Part shown: in pieces, positions 10,114 to 21,244 of the stretch | How the letters are laid out: each line of letters opens with the position of its first letter | Numbering within the stretch: position 1 is the stretch's first letter | Assembly (NCBI GenBank): GCA_947630545.1 | Contig: CANRHX010000001.1 | Location: 20,499-84,498, forward strand | From: an uncultured Clostridia bacterium | Lineage (GTDB): Bacteria; Bacillota; Clostridia; TANB77; CAG-508 | DNA: 64,000 nt | Direction of reading: 5' to 3' | The notes under the pieces: model-generated | The model's input: only the letters and a program-made list of their open reading frames with translations | Told to the model about the DNA's origin: nothing | Databases searched by the model: none | Made by a program: the position numbers and the translations under genes

Positions 10114-10140
10114 TCTATCTGGTATCAGATAGATTTTTTT
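10114..10140 (+). terminator. leader hairpin plus T-run (attenuator-like) just upstream of the RBS of the GHKL ATPase gene
   Basis: An 8-bp stem (tctatctg / cagataga) with loop gtat is followed by TTTTTTT at 10134-10140. The GGAGG RBS is at 10144 and the ATG at 10156. Confidence 0.45.
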
Positions 10141-10155
10141 ATTGGAGGTTTAATT

Positions 10156-11736
10156 ATGAACGAAAAAAGAAAAGAAGAATTCACAAAAGAAAACATGGTT
10201 TCAAATGAACCAAATGCAGCTATATTAATAGATGCATTACAAAACATTGGTTATGACAATATTTCTGCGATAACAGATATTGTCGACAATAGTATTGATG
10301 CTGGTGCAACAAAAATACATATCCAGCTTGAAAAAGAAAAAGAATCATTAAAAATAATGATTGTTGACAATGGAAAAGGAATGACTAAAGATGTGCTAGA
10401 TCAAGCCTTAAGATTAGGATCCGACACATTACATGATGGATTATCAGATTTAGGAAAATTCGGAATGGGGCTAAGCACTGCAGGTCTTGCATTAGCAAAT
10501 AGAACAACAGTATTTACGAAAAGTACGGAAGAGAATATCATATATAAAAGTATGACAGATGTTAATATAATAAAAAGAGAAAATGCATTTATAAAATTAC
10601 TTTGTGAAGCAGATGAATTAGATAAAATGCGATTTGAACATCTTGTAAATAATGAAAGTGGAACAATTGTAATTTTAGAAGATTGTATAGGAATAAAATT
10701 AAGTGAATTTTCAGCATTAAAAGGAAAAATCATAAAAAACTTATCTAGAATTTTCAGAAAATTTATGGATAGGACTGAATTTTGGGTAAACGATACAAAA
10801 ATAGAGCCAGACGATCCTTTAAGACTAGGATATGAAGAATTTCCAGGTACACTAATAAGTGAAGACGATTATGATGTAAAATGGAAAGATATAGGAGGAA
10901 TAGAAAGGCAAGGCACAATACATATAAAAATAGCATCTTTACCAGAATGCCCAAGACCAGTTGCTACTAAATTAGGAATAAATATGAAAAATGAAGGTTT
11001 TTCAGTTTTAAGAAACAATAGAGAGATTTTATTTGGATATTTACCAGACTGGGAAGGAATAGTAAGACATAATGATTTAAATAGATTTAGAGGAGAAATT
11101 TCATTCTCATCTGACATGGATTTTGCAATGGGTGTAAACTTTAGAAAAAACGGTGTTGATATGGTAGATTCTATAGATAATGCATTAAGAGTTCAAATTT
11201 CACCACAAATTAAAACAGTAAGAAAAAAATATGAAACTGTAACTGAAACTTCAGATGAAGAAAAAGAAGAACATACAGTTGCACAAAAAATAATAAATAA
11301 AATGTCAAATACATTAACGTTACCAAAAGTAAAAAAAGAAATTAGAGAATCTAAAGAAAATAAAGAGGACAATAAGAATAATGAAAATGAAGAAGAAACA
11401 AAGAAAGAAAAGGTACGTACGCCTATAAAAACAGAAAATATAAATGCTGTTGCAGAATTTGAATTAAAACATATGGGTGAAACCGGAAACATTTTTGAAA
11501 CGAGCCAAATAGGAAAGAAAATTATAATTTCATGGAATATAGATCATGTTTTCTATAAAAAGTTTATTGCTGAAAATGTAGCAAATCAAAATGTAGTTAG
11601 ATTTGCAGATTTCTTGATTTATACTTTAGCTTCTGCACAAATTCAGTATATGGCAGATGATGAAGAAAAACTAATCATAATGGATAATATTATATCAACA
11701 ATGAGTGCAAATATAAGAAATCTATTGAAGAATTAA
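10156..11736 (+). CDS. GHKL-family ATPase (HATPase_c_3 / MORC-like ATP-binding protein)
   Basis: The Bergerat-fold motifs are 'DIVDNSIDAGA' (N box), 'DNGKGMT' (G1) and 'GKFGMGLS' (G2). The C-terminal half contains a K/E-rich low-complexity stretch. The start is chosen at the ATG with a GGAGG RBS. Confidence 0.7.
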   Translation: MNEKRKEEFTKENMVSNEPNAAILIDALQNIGYDNISAITDIVDNSIDAGATKIHIQLEKEKESLKIMIVDNGKGMTKDVLDQALRLGSDTLHDGLSDLGKFGMGLSTAGLALANRTTVFTKSTEENIIYKSMTDVNIIKRENAFIKLLCEADELDKMRFEHLVNNESGTIVILEDCIGIKLSEFSALKGKIIKNLSRIFRKFMDRTEFWVNDTKIEPDDPLRLGYEEFPGTLISEDDYDVKWKDIGGIERQGTIHIKIASLPECPRPVATKLGINMKNEGFSVLRNNREILFGYLPDWEGIVRHNDLNRFRGEISFSSDMDFAMGVNFRKNGVDMVDSIDNALRVQISPQIKTVRKKYETVTETSDEEKEEHTVAQKIINKMSNTLTLPKVKKEIRESKENKEDNKNNENEEETKKEKVRTPIKTENINAVAEFELKHMGETGNIFETSQIGKKIIISWNIDHVFYKKFIAENVANQNVVRFADFLIYTLASAQIQYMADDEEKLIIMDNIISTMSANIRNLLKN

Positions 11737-11829
11737 AGCCCTATAAATATTAAATTATAAAAATATGCACATAATAAAAAATTATGATATAATAAGCACA
11801 AATTAATAAATTAAGAGGAGGAAATTAAA

Positions 11830-12207
11830 ATGAGTAGAGAATTAAAAATTAAAAAATGTACTAAATGTGGAGCAATAGTAAAAGTATTGCAAGATTGTAA
11901 TTGCCCATGTGGAATTCAATGTTGTGGTGAAGAAATGAAAACATTAGAACCAAATTCAGTAGATGCAGCAGTTGAAAAGCATGTACCAACATATGAAGTA
12001 AGAGATGGAAAAATATTTGTAAAGGTAAATCATGTAATGGAAGAAGATCACTTCATAGAATGGATAAGTATAGTATTTGAAGATAAAGAAGTAACAACAT
12101 ATCTAAAACAAGGAGAAGAAGCTGTTGCTCATTGTAAATATGTACCAGGATCAACAATTTATTCATATTGCAATAAACATGGTTTATGGAAAACAGAAGT
12201 AAAATAA
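11830..12207 (+). CDS. dfx: desulfoferrodoxin (superoxide reductase)
   Basis: 125 aa. An N-terminal desulforedoxin Cys cluster (CTKCG...CNCPCG..CC) is followed by a neelaredoxin-type domain (H...HC). Confidence 0.85.
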   Translation: MSRELKIKKCTKCGAIVKVLQDCNCPCGIQCCGEEMKTLEPNSVDAAVEKHVPTYEVRDGKIFVKVNHVMEEDHFIEWISIVFEDKEVTTYLKQGEEAVAHCKYVPGSTIYSYCNKHGLWKTEVK

Positions 12208-12247
12208 ATAAATATAAAGAGTGGAATTAAGAAAGGAAAAGTAGACA

Positions 12248-12643
12248 ATGGGAATAAAGGAAAAAGCATGTGGATGTATCATAATTGATAATGGAAAAGT
12301 TCTATTAATAAAACAATTATCTCAAGCATGGGGTTTCCCTAAAGGACATACTGAACATGATGAATCTGAAGAAGAAACAGCTAAAAGGGAAGTAAAAGAA
12401 GAAACAAACATAGATGTAGAAATAAATAGCAAAAAAAGATATTCTATAGAATACATAACAGATAAAGGAAACAATAAAGAAGTTGTATTTTTTCTTGCTA
12501 AAAAAACCGGAGGTACATTAAAAAAACAAGATAGTGAAATACTTGAGGCAAAGTGGTTAAGTTTTCATGAAGCAATAGAAACTATTTCATATGAAAATAC
12601 AAAAGAATTATTTATAAAAGTTTTAAAAGAAAATAAATTATAA
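12248..12643 (+). CDS. NUDIX hydrolase
   Basis: Nudix box 'GFPKGHTEHDESEEETAKREVKEETNI' (GX5EX7REUXEEXGU). Confidence 0.7.
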   Translation: MGIKEKACGCIIIDNGKVLLIKQLSQAWGFPKGHTEHDESEEETAKREVKEETNIDVEINSKKRYSIEYITDKGNNKEVVFFLAKKTGGTLKKQDSEILEAKWLSFHEAIETISYENTKELFIKVLKENKL

Positions 12644-12663
12644 ATTTTATATACCATAATAAA

Positions 12664-12710
12664 AAGAGGGATTGAATATTGAATTTTTCAATATTTAACC
12701 CCTTTTTGTT
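12664..12710. terminator. bidirectional hairpin between convergent genes
   Basis: The imperfect palindrome gggattgaatattgaa/ttcaatatttaacccc is flanked by A-run and T-run sequence. It lies between the NUDIX gene and the SPFH gene. Confidence 0.35.
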
Positions 12711-12720
12711 ATAAACAATA

Positions 12721-13929
12721 TTAAATTTTATTTCCACATTCTGGACAGAATTTTGTGCCAGGTGATAATTTTGCTCCACAGTTTGAACAGAATTTAGGAG
12801 TTGATGCTTCAGAATCAGATTTTGATTCATCAGAACTATCTGAACTTGTGTCTTCTGCAGGCTGTACAGGTGCTGCTTGCGAATTTGGTGATTGTGGATC
12901 TTGTGGCATAACTGTATTTTCATTTACTCTAGAGTTTGCAAGACCTTCTTGGCTAAAAGCACCTTGAACTGTGCTTTGTATTGCATTTCCTGCAACACCA
13001 CCAGTTTGCATATTCATCATACCAAGTCCCATAAATCCAGTTGCTGCACCATTAGCATTACCAGCTGCTGTTTGCATAACATCAATAATACGACCTTGTT
13101 GCATATATGCATTAGAGTTGTGCTCGTATTCAGTAATTTTTCTTTCAGATTCTTCATCCAAAGAAACTCCTTCAACAGCAAAACCAACTAATTGAATACC
13201 TCTATTTCTAATAGGTTCATCAAAAACAGAATTTGCCATCATTACCTTAATTTCATCTGTTTGGCTAGGTAATTCCATTGCAGGAATTTGATATTTTTGA
13301 GTACCTAATTCGTTAACAACATTTTGGAAAGAATCTAAAACCTCAGATTGGATTTGCTCAAGTAATTGATCTTTTGTATATACACTAGCTGTTCCAGCAA
13401 TTTCATTCATAAATACTGCAGGATTTTCTAACTTAAATGTATATTTTCCAAAACATTTAATTTTTAGGCTAAGAGGCAAAAGTTTTCCAGTCATTTGATT
13501 TGGAATTGGATGTGCCCAATCTTGGAAAAGAATAGGCGTTTTAGTTCCAAAAGGATTGTTTATAATTTCCTTAATATTAAAGTAAAATACTGCTTGTTGT
13601 TTTGCAGTAGCACCATCATATGTAAATCTTTGCCACATTTCTTTAAATACTGCGCCAAATTGTCCAGCAAAGAAAGATGGAGATGAAGAAGAATCGAATG
13701 TATAAATACCTTCTTCAGCTGAAGCATCTAAAACTCTACCGTTATCATATATAATTGCACATTGACCAGGTCCTACTATAATTGTACTTTTATTTGTAAT
13801 AACTCCTGTTGGAGTTGTAACTTTTTTCATAAGAATATCATTTCCTAAATCTTCACATCTAATTGCCTCCTTCCATTGATCTTTAAATGTGCTACCAATA
13901 GCACCTACGGCTGCTTTAATTAATCCCAT
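12721..13929 (-). CDS. SPFH/band-7 family protein with C-terminal zinc ribbon (YdjI-like)
   Basis: 402 aa. The C-terminus 'CSNCGAKLSPGTKFCPECG' is a zinc ribbon. The body resembles the COG4260-type stomatin/prohibitin family with a Zn-ribbon. Confidence 0.55.
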   Translation of the reverse strand: MGLIKAAVGAIGSTFKDQWKEAIRCEDLGNDILMKKVTTPTGVITNKSTIIVGPGQCAIIYDNGRVLDASAEEGIYTFDSSSSPSFFAGQFGAVFKEMWQRFTYDGATAKQQAVFYFNIKEIINNPFGTKTPILFQDWAHPIPNQMTGKLLPLSLKIKCFGKYTFKLENPAVFMNEIAGTASVYTKDQLLEQIQSEVLDSFQNVVNELGTQKYQIPAMELPSQTDEIKVMMANSVFDEPIRNRGIQLVGFAVEGVSLDEESERKITEYEHNSNAYMQQGRIIDVMQTAAGNANGAATGFMGLGMMNMQTGGVAGNAIQSTVQGAFSQEGLANSRVNENTVMPQDPQSPNSQAAPVQPAEDTSSDSSDESKSDSEASTPKFCSNCGAKLSPGTKFCPECGNKI

Positions 13930-13979
13930 AATTTTTACCAGTTAGTTATTTACTAACATATCCTTTCTTAAAATATTTT

Positions 13980-14888
13980 TTAATATGATGCTCTTTCTAA
14001 ATTAGATAAGCACCAATTGTATTCACCAGTTGTAATAATGCTTCCACAATATTCACATTTTCCTGCTGAAGTAATTTGTGTTGGAGCTCCACAATTTGGA
14101 CAATTTGTAGTGTTAACTGCAGTTGTACCAGGCTTTGTTTTTACTCCCATTTTTCTTTCAAAAGTTAAAAAATAAGAATTTGTTCTTTCAATATTTTTAT
14201 CTCCCTTTATGACTTGTTTTGTTGTTGCATCAATTATATAATCCTGCATTCGAGAATTTAATTTTATAGTTAAAAGTTCTTTATCACCAGAAATTCTATA
14301 ATCATACAAATTAGCATAGTTAACACAAATTCTATCCATTACATTTATTGTATTGTTATCAATATAGCCTTGTAACTGATTTTTGTGTTGCTCAAATAGT
14401 GCATTAGTTTCAAATACCCTAATTTCAGACCAATCGCGTTTTGTCCAAGCTTGTTGTAAACGAACAAATAAATCTTTTGACCAAGCAATAATGTCATCTT
14501 TATTAAATAATTCATCATGAGCCTGAATTTCTGATACAATTTGATCTTCAGATTTTCTTGCAGTTGGGTTTAAATTTGGATTTGGAATTGAGGAATGTGG
14601 TCTATTATTTCTATTATTATTACTAACGGCAATAATAATTATTATTATTATAAATAAGATTATACCACCAGGACTAGAAAAAAATATAAAACTAGATCCA
14701 CCTGAAGATGATGAATAATCACTATCCCAAGAACTATCACTATCCCAAGAGCTAGAACTACCACTATCATAAGATTCAAAACTTCCAACATCTGCAAAAC
14801 TAAAGCCAGATAAAAAAATTATAAAAGTAGAAGCAATAACTAGAAGAACTAATAGCTTTATAAGTTTGTCATTGGTTTTTAAATTCAT
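13980..14888 (-). CDS. membrane protein with Ser/Asp-rich segment, Tim44-like domain and C-terminal zinc ribbon
   Basis: 302 aa with an N-terminal TM. It has an 'SWDSDSSWDSDYSSSSGG' low-complexity stretch, a second TM (IIIIIIIAV), and 'CPNCGAP...CEYCGS' at the C-terminus. It is in an operon with the SPFH gene. Confidence 0.45.
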   Translation of the reverse strand: MNLKTNDKLIKLLVLLVIASTFIIFLSGFSFADVGSFESYDSGSSSSWDSDSSWDSDYSSSSGGSSFIFFSSPGGIILFIIIIIIIAVSNNNRNNRPHSSIPNPNLNPTARKSEDQIVSEIQAHDELFNKDDIIAWSKDLFVRLQQAWTKRDWSEIRVFETNALFEQHKNQLQGYIDNNTINVMDRICVNYANLYDYRISGDKELLTIKLNSRMQDYIIDATTKQVIKGDKNIERTNSYFLTFERKMGVKTKPGTTAVNTTNCPNCGAPTQITSAGKCEYCGSIITTGEYNWCLSNLERASY

Positions 14889-15020
14889 AAATATCTCCTT
14901 TCACATAAATTATATTTTTTTTGTCGGTTAATGTCAATAGAAATAATTACATAGAAATTATAAAATTAAAAAAAAAGGAAATACTTTATCTATAAAAATA
15001 TTTAGAAAGGATGATTAATT

Positions 15021-15209
15021 ATGCAAGATCTAAATCAATTAGAATTACAACATTTAAGACATTTAATAGGAGCACACGAAACTGCATATCAAAAATTAAA
15101 TACTTATTCATCACAAGCGGTTGATCCACAAATAAAACAAATCTTTACAAAATCAGCACAAGATGCACTAAATACTAAACAGAAATTAATGAGTTTTTTA
15201 AATAATTAA
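15021..15209 (+). CDS. small spore-coat-protein-F-like protein
   Basis: 62 aa. The helical pattern resembles the Coat_F family. It pairs with the next gene. Confidence 0.35.
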   Translation: MQDLNQLELQHLRHLIGAHETAYQKLNTYSSQAVDPQIKQIFTKSAQDALNTKQKLMSFLNN

Positions 15210-15221
15210 GGAGGAAAAGTT

Positions 15222-15467
15222 ATGGACGAAAAAACAATGGTAAATGACATTTTAGCAGGAGTAAAGTCAGATCTAACAGCTTATGAAACTGCTATTACTG
15301 AGTGTGAAAATATGGGACTTAGACAAACATTACAACAAATTAGAAATGGTGATGAAAGCTTCCAATATGAACTTTTTAAAGTGGCACAAGCAAAAGGATA
15401 TTATCAACCAGCTGCAAAAGCAACAGTAACCGAAATTGATAATGTTAAAAATCAAGTTCAACAATAA
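15222..15467 (+). CDS. spore coat protein F (CotF)-like protein
   Basis: 81 aa. 'DLTAYETAITECENMGLRQTLQQIRNGDESFQYELF' matches the CotF-family pattern. The RBS is GGAGG. Confidence 0.5.
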   Translation: MDEKTMVNDILAGVKSDLTAYETAITECENMGLRQTLQQIRNGDESFQYELFKVAQAKGYYQPAAKATVTEIDNVKNQVQQ

Positions 15468-15720
15468 AACAAATGAAATTAAGGAGATATAGGGAAATCT
15501 ATATCTCCTTAATCATTTTATATCGAAAACGTAAGAAAAATTAAATTAAATTAAGATATAAAGAAAAAATAAAAGAAAATTGATGTTAATTAGAATTATA
15601 ACTTCTTGCAAAAAAAGAAATGTTACAATATTATTACAATAATAAAACAAATATTACAAAAACTATGAAATATAGATAAAAAGTGTAAAGCACAAAATAC
15701 TAAAAACAAGGAGTAATAGT

Positions 15721-16744
15721 ATGTTTAAAAAAATATTAATACACACAAGAAGGTCAATGAAAATATTTATACTACTTGCAATAGCAGGTTTCGTAATTGC
15801 AGGAATATTAATATTCTTATATCAAACAACATATAGTGTAAAAATTAATGGGGTAGAAATTGGTTATACAAAAAATAAAAGTGAATTGCAAGAAAGAATA
15901 AATGAATACATAGAAAGCGGAGATCGGAACAGATAAACAGCTTGCATTTGTCCAAATACAAAGCATGCCAGAATATGAAATGTGTCTTTTAAAAAGAGAT
16001 GTAGAAACAAATGATGATGAAATATTTAACAAGGTTACAGCTGACGGGATTAAGTATTATAGATATTATGCAATTTTAGAAGATAAAGAAGAAAAATTAT
16101 ATGTTTCAAAGTTTGAAGATGCAGAAGAAATTATAAAAAAATTAAAATCAAAAAACAGTCAAAATGCATCAAAACTTTCAATTGCAGAAAAATATGAAAC
16201 AGAATTAAAAGACTTTACAACTCAAGATAAAGCAGTTGCAAAATTATATAAAGAACCACCTAAAGTTATAACTGTAGCAAGAGCTACAACTTCTTCTTAT
16301 AGTAGATATGCATCAACAGGTTCTGTTAATACTGCAACTACTACATCTGGAGGAAAAGCTAGTATAGGAATTTCGTTAATTAGACCAGTTTCTGGAATAA
16401 TATCATCTAGGTTTGGGGTAAGGAGTAGTATTAGAAGTTCAGCACATACTGGTTTAGATATAGCCACATCAAAAGGTACACCTATTAAAGCAGCAGCATC
16501 TGGTACAGTTTCATTTTCTGGTTGGAAAGGATCATATGGTAATATGCTTGTAATTTCACATGGTAACGGAGTTCAAACATATTATTGCCATTGTAGTAAA
16601 TTATACGTATCTGCCGGAACAGCTGTAACTCAAGGGCAAACAATAGCAGCAGTAGGTTCAACTGGCAATTCAACAGGACCACATTTGCATTTAGAAGTCA
16701 GAGTAAATGGTATAGCATATAATCCACAAAATTACGTTTATTAA
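15721..16744 (+). CDS. M23-family metallopeptidase with N-terminal TM (frameshifted as assembled)
   Basis: The ORF 15721-15936 gives the TM and N-terminus. The ORF 15965-16744 gives the M23 domain, with intact 'HTGLDIA' and 'HLHLE' motifs. The two ORFs are in different frames and join only if one base around 15915-15930 is changed. Confidence 0.6.
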
Positions 16745-16846
16745 AATATTAAATGCCTAAGATTTTCTAACAAAAAAATCTTAGGCATACTTTATATTCT
16801 AAGTATTTTACCATTTTAAATTTACATATTTAAAATAAGTTTTATT

Positions 16847-17461
16847 CTATGATGCAAAATATTTAATTCCAGTTTTAAAAGCATTTTGCTTAATAATTGG
16901 TTTACCATATTCAAATAATTTAGCCTCAAAATTACTAGAACGCCTAACAATAATTGCAAATTCACTTAAAAATGAAAATAATTTCTTAAAATTTTTATAA
17001 TTTAGATTTAAACTATAAAAAACTAAATAATATGTATTATTATACAAATATAAAGAAACCTTTTTTGCTATGCTACTTATAGGAATATTAGATTTTTTTA
17101 AAACTTCACAAAAACAACAAAATTCTTCAAAAGTAGAAAATTGATAAATAGGATTTTTCAATACATGGGATTTTTTGCTACGTTGCAATTTAAAATTTTT
17201 TCTCTTCTTTTTGGTTACTGCAAATTTTGTTATTGTAAAAACAAAAACATCATCAAGAGAGGAAAAACCTTCTACAAGTAATTTACAGTTTTGAGTTTTA
17301 AAGCCAACTTCTTTTTCTGCTCTATTTAAAATATCTAATAAAAATTTTTGTGATTCTACATTACTCATCATAAAATCTTCCACATTAAAATTGCTATCTT
17401 TTAGTTCTTCTAATTTCACAACAATTCTAATTTTGTTTTCTGTAAGCTTTTCAATTTTCAT
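16847..17461 (-). CDS. mecA: adaptor protein MecA
   Basis: 204 aa. The N-terminus is 'MKIEKLTENKIRIV'. Length and pattern are characteristic of MecA. Confidence 0.7.
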   Translation of the reverse strand: MKIEKLTENKIRIVVKLEELKDSNFNVEDFMMSNVESQKFLLDILNRAEKEVGFKTQNCKLLVEGFSSLDDVFVFTITKFAVTKKKRKNFKLQRSKKSHVLKNPIYQFSTFEEFCCFCEVLKKSNIPISSIAKKVSLYLYNNTYYLVFYSLNLNYKNFKKLFSFLSEFAIIVRRSSNFEAKLFEYGKPIIKQNAFKTGIKYFAS

Positions 17462-17659
17462 TAACAGCCAACCTCCTATAAGAAATATCTAAATTAATTA
17501 TACTACGTACTGTATTATATTTAAAGAAGTAATTTTTGGTAACTATATATAAAAATAAAATAACACTTGAAAAATATCATAAAAAAATATATAATACCAA
17601 TATACTTGAAAAAGGAATAGCCGTAAGATAAAAATGAACAAATTAAATTTTGGAAAGGA

Positions 17660-17929
17660 ATGTTAATAAATATGGCAACAAAAGAAAAAAATATATGGAT
17701 ACTACTAATATTTATATTATCAGGTTTAGTAATAGGTGGGCTACTAGGAGAATTAGCAAAACAAGTAAGTTGGTTAAATTGGATAGGATTTGGACAAGAA
17801 TTTGGACTTCAAAGCCCAATAGTTCTAAATTTAGGAGTATTAACACTTACATTTGCATTAATGGTAAAAATAAATATAGCAAGTATAATAGGATTGGCAT
17901 TAGCAATTTTCATATATAGAAAAATTTAG
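17660..17929 (+). CDS. small membrane protein (DUF4321-like)
   Basis: 89 aa with 2-3 TM segments. The start is uncertain between 17660 and 17672. It is adjacent to radC, as is common in Firmicutes. Confidence 0.4.
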   Translation: MLINMATKEKNIWILLIFILSGLVIGGLLGELAKQVSWLNWIGFGQEFGLQSPIVLNLGVLTLTFALMVKINIASIIGLALAIFIYRKI

Positions 17930-17973
17930 TTAAGTATAGGGGCTAATAATAAACAAGAAAGGAAGAATTATAC

Positions 17974-19721
<1,748 letters not shown>

Positions 19722-19737
19722 AAGAAAGGAAACTTGA

Positions 19738-20550
19738 ATGTATAAAAATAAAAAACATGGTGTATTAGGAATAATAATAACAATAATACTATTAATATTA
19801 ATTGTAATATTTTCAAATAATGATGGTGAAAATTCTTTCATTGAAAATATAGGAAGTAAGCTTATTATGCCAATTCAGAATGGATTTACCTATTTAAAAA
19901 ATAAAATCAGTGGAGACAATGCTTTTTTTACAGACATTAATACATTAAAAGACGAAAATGAGGAACTTAAAAATAAGAATAAAGAACTAGAAAAATCATT
20001 AAAAGAAATAGAAAGCATTAAAACAGAAAATGAAACACTAAAAGAATACCTAGGTTTAACTGAAAAATATAGTAATTACAAGACAATTCCTGGGGATGTC
20101 ATAAATAAAGACATAAGCAATTATTCAAGAACAATAACTCTAAATATTGGTTCTAGTGATGGAGTAAGTAAAAATATGACAGTTATTGCAGAAGAAGGAC
20201 TTGTTGGACATGTTATATCAGTTACAGATAATACTGCAAAAGTTCAAACAATAATAGACCCTGCAAGCTCTGTAAGCAGTATGCTTAGTACAACAAAAGA
20301 ATCAATTATTTGCAAAGGAACATTAGAAGACAAATCAATATTGAAAGCTATGTATATACCAACAGAAGCCAGTGTAATACAAGGCGATACCATACAAACA
20401 TCAGGATTAGGCGGGCTATATCCAAAGGGACTTGAAATTGGAACAATAAAAAAAGTAGTAGACACAGAAAACTTAACAGACAGATATGCATTAGTTACAG
20501 TATCAGTAGACTTTAATAAATTAAATAGTGTATTAGTAATAAATCAGTAA
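19738..20550 (+). CDS. mreC: rod-shape-determining protein MreC
   Basis: 270 aa with an N-terminal TM, a coiled coil (ENEELKNKNKELEKSLKE) and a C-terminal beta domain. It is positioned after mreB. Confidence 0.75.
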   Translation: MYKNKKHGVLGIIITIILLILIVIFSNNDGENSFIENIGSKLIMPIQNGFTYLKNKISGDNAFFTDINTLKDENEELKNKNKELEKSLKEIESIKTENETLKEYLGLTEKYSNYKTIPGDVINKDISNYSRTITLNIGSSDGVSKNMTVIAEEGLVGHVISVTDNTAKVQTIIDPASSVSSMLSTTKESIICKGTLEDKSILKAMYIPTEASVIQGDTIQTSGLGGLYPKGLEIGTIKKVVDTENLTDRYALVTVSVDFNKLNSVLVINQ

Positions 20551-20618
20551 ACATATAAAAATGAAATATAAATAATATAGAAAATATAAAAACTATAAAA
20601 AATATAAGGAGGTGCCAA

Positions 20619-21152
20619 TTGAAAAGATTTATTATAAACTTTAGTTTAATAATAATAGCGTTTTTAATATATTTTTTACAAGAAAATTTTTTTGATTGGT
20701 TTACCATAGCTGGTGTAATGCCAAACCTTTTTGTCATATATATTTTATTTATTGGATTATTTTCAGGAAGAAATAAAGGATCAATTTATGGACTTGTAGT
20801 AGGATTAATGTTAGACATACTCGTAGGTAATAAAATAGGATTATATACTATAACACTAGGGGGAGTAGGACTAACAGCAGGTATATTTGCGAAAAACTTT
20901 TCTAAAGACAGCAGAATAACAATAATGCTTATGGTAGGAGGACTTACTTTTGCATATGAATTAATAGTTTATATGCTAAATTATTTTATGCTAGATATGA
21001 ATTTAGAAATTCTAATATTCTTAAAGATACTAGTAATAGAAGTAATCTATAATATAATACTAACAATAATAATTTATCCATTATTTAAAAAATTTGGTTA
21101 TTATATAGAACATGAATATCAAGGAGACAAAATTTTGACAAGATATTTTTAA
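20619..21152 (+). CDS. mreD: rod-shape-determining protein MreD
   Basis: 177-aa polytopic membrane protein that follows mreC. Confidence 0.6.
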   Translation: MKRFIINFSLIIIAFLIYFLQENFFDWFTIAGVMPNLFVIYILFIGLFSGRNKGSIYGLVVGLMLDILVGNKIGLYTITLGGVGLTAGIFAKNFSKDSRITIMLMVGGLTFAYELIVYMLNYFMLDMNLEILIFLKILVIEVIYNIILTIIIYPLFKKFGYYIEHEYQGDKILTRYF

Positions 21153-21223
21153 TTTTGTGTCAACGGTTCCAGGTTTGGATGACACAAAATGTGTCAACGG
21201 TTCCGGGTTTGAATGACACAAAT
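21153..21223. repeat. REP-like palindromic tandem repeat, 2 units (GTGTCA-N17-TGACAC), orientation A
   Basis: gtgtcaacggttccaggtttggatgacac and gtgtcaacggttccgggtttgaatgacac. Confidence 0.85.
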
Positions 21224-21244
21224 TAGGAACTACCGGTACTAATC

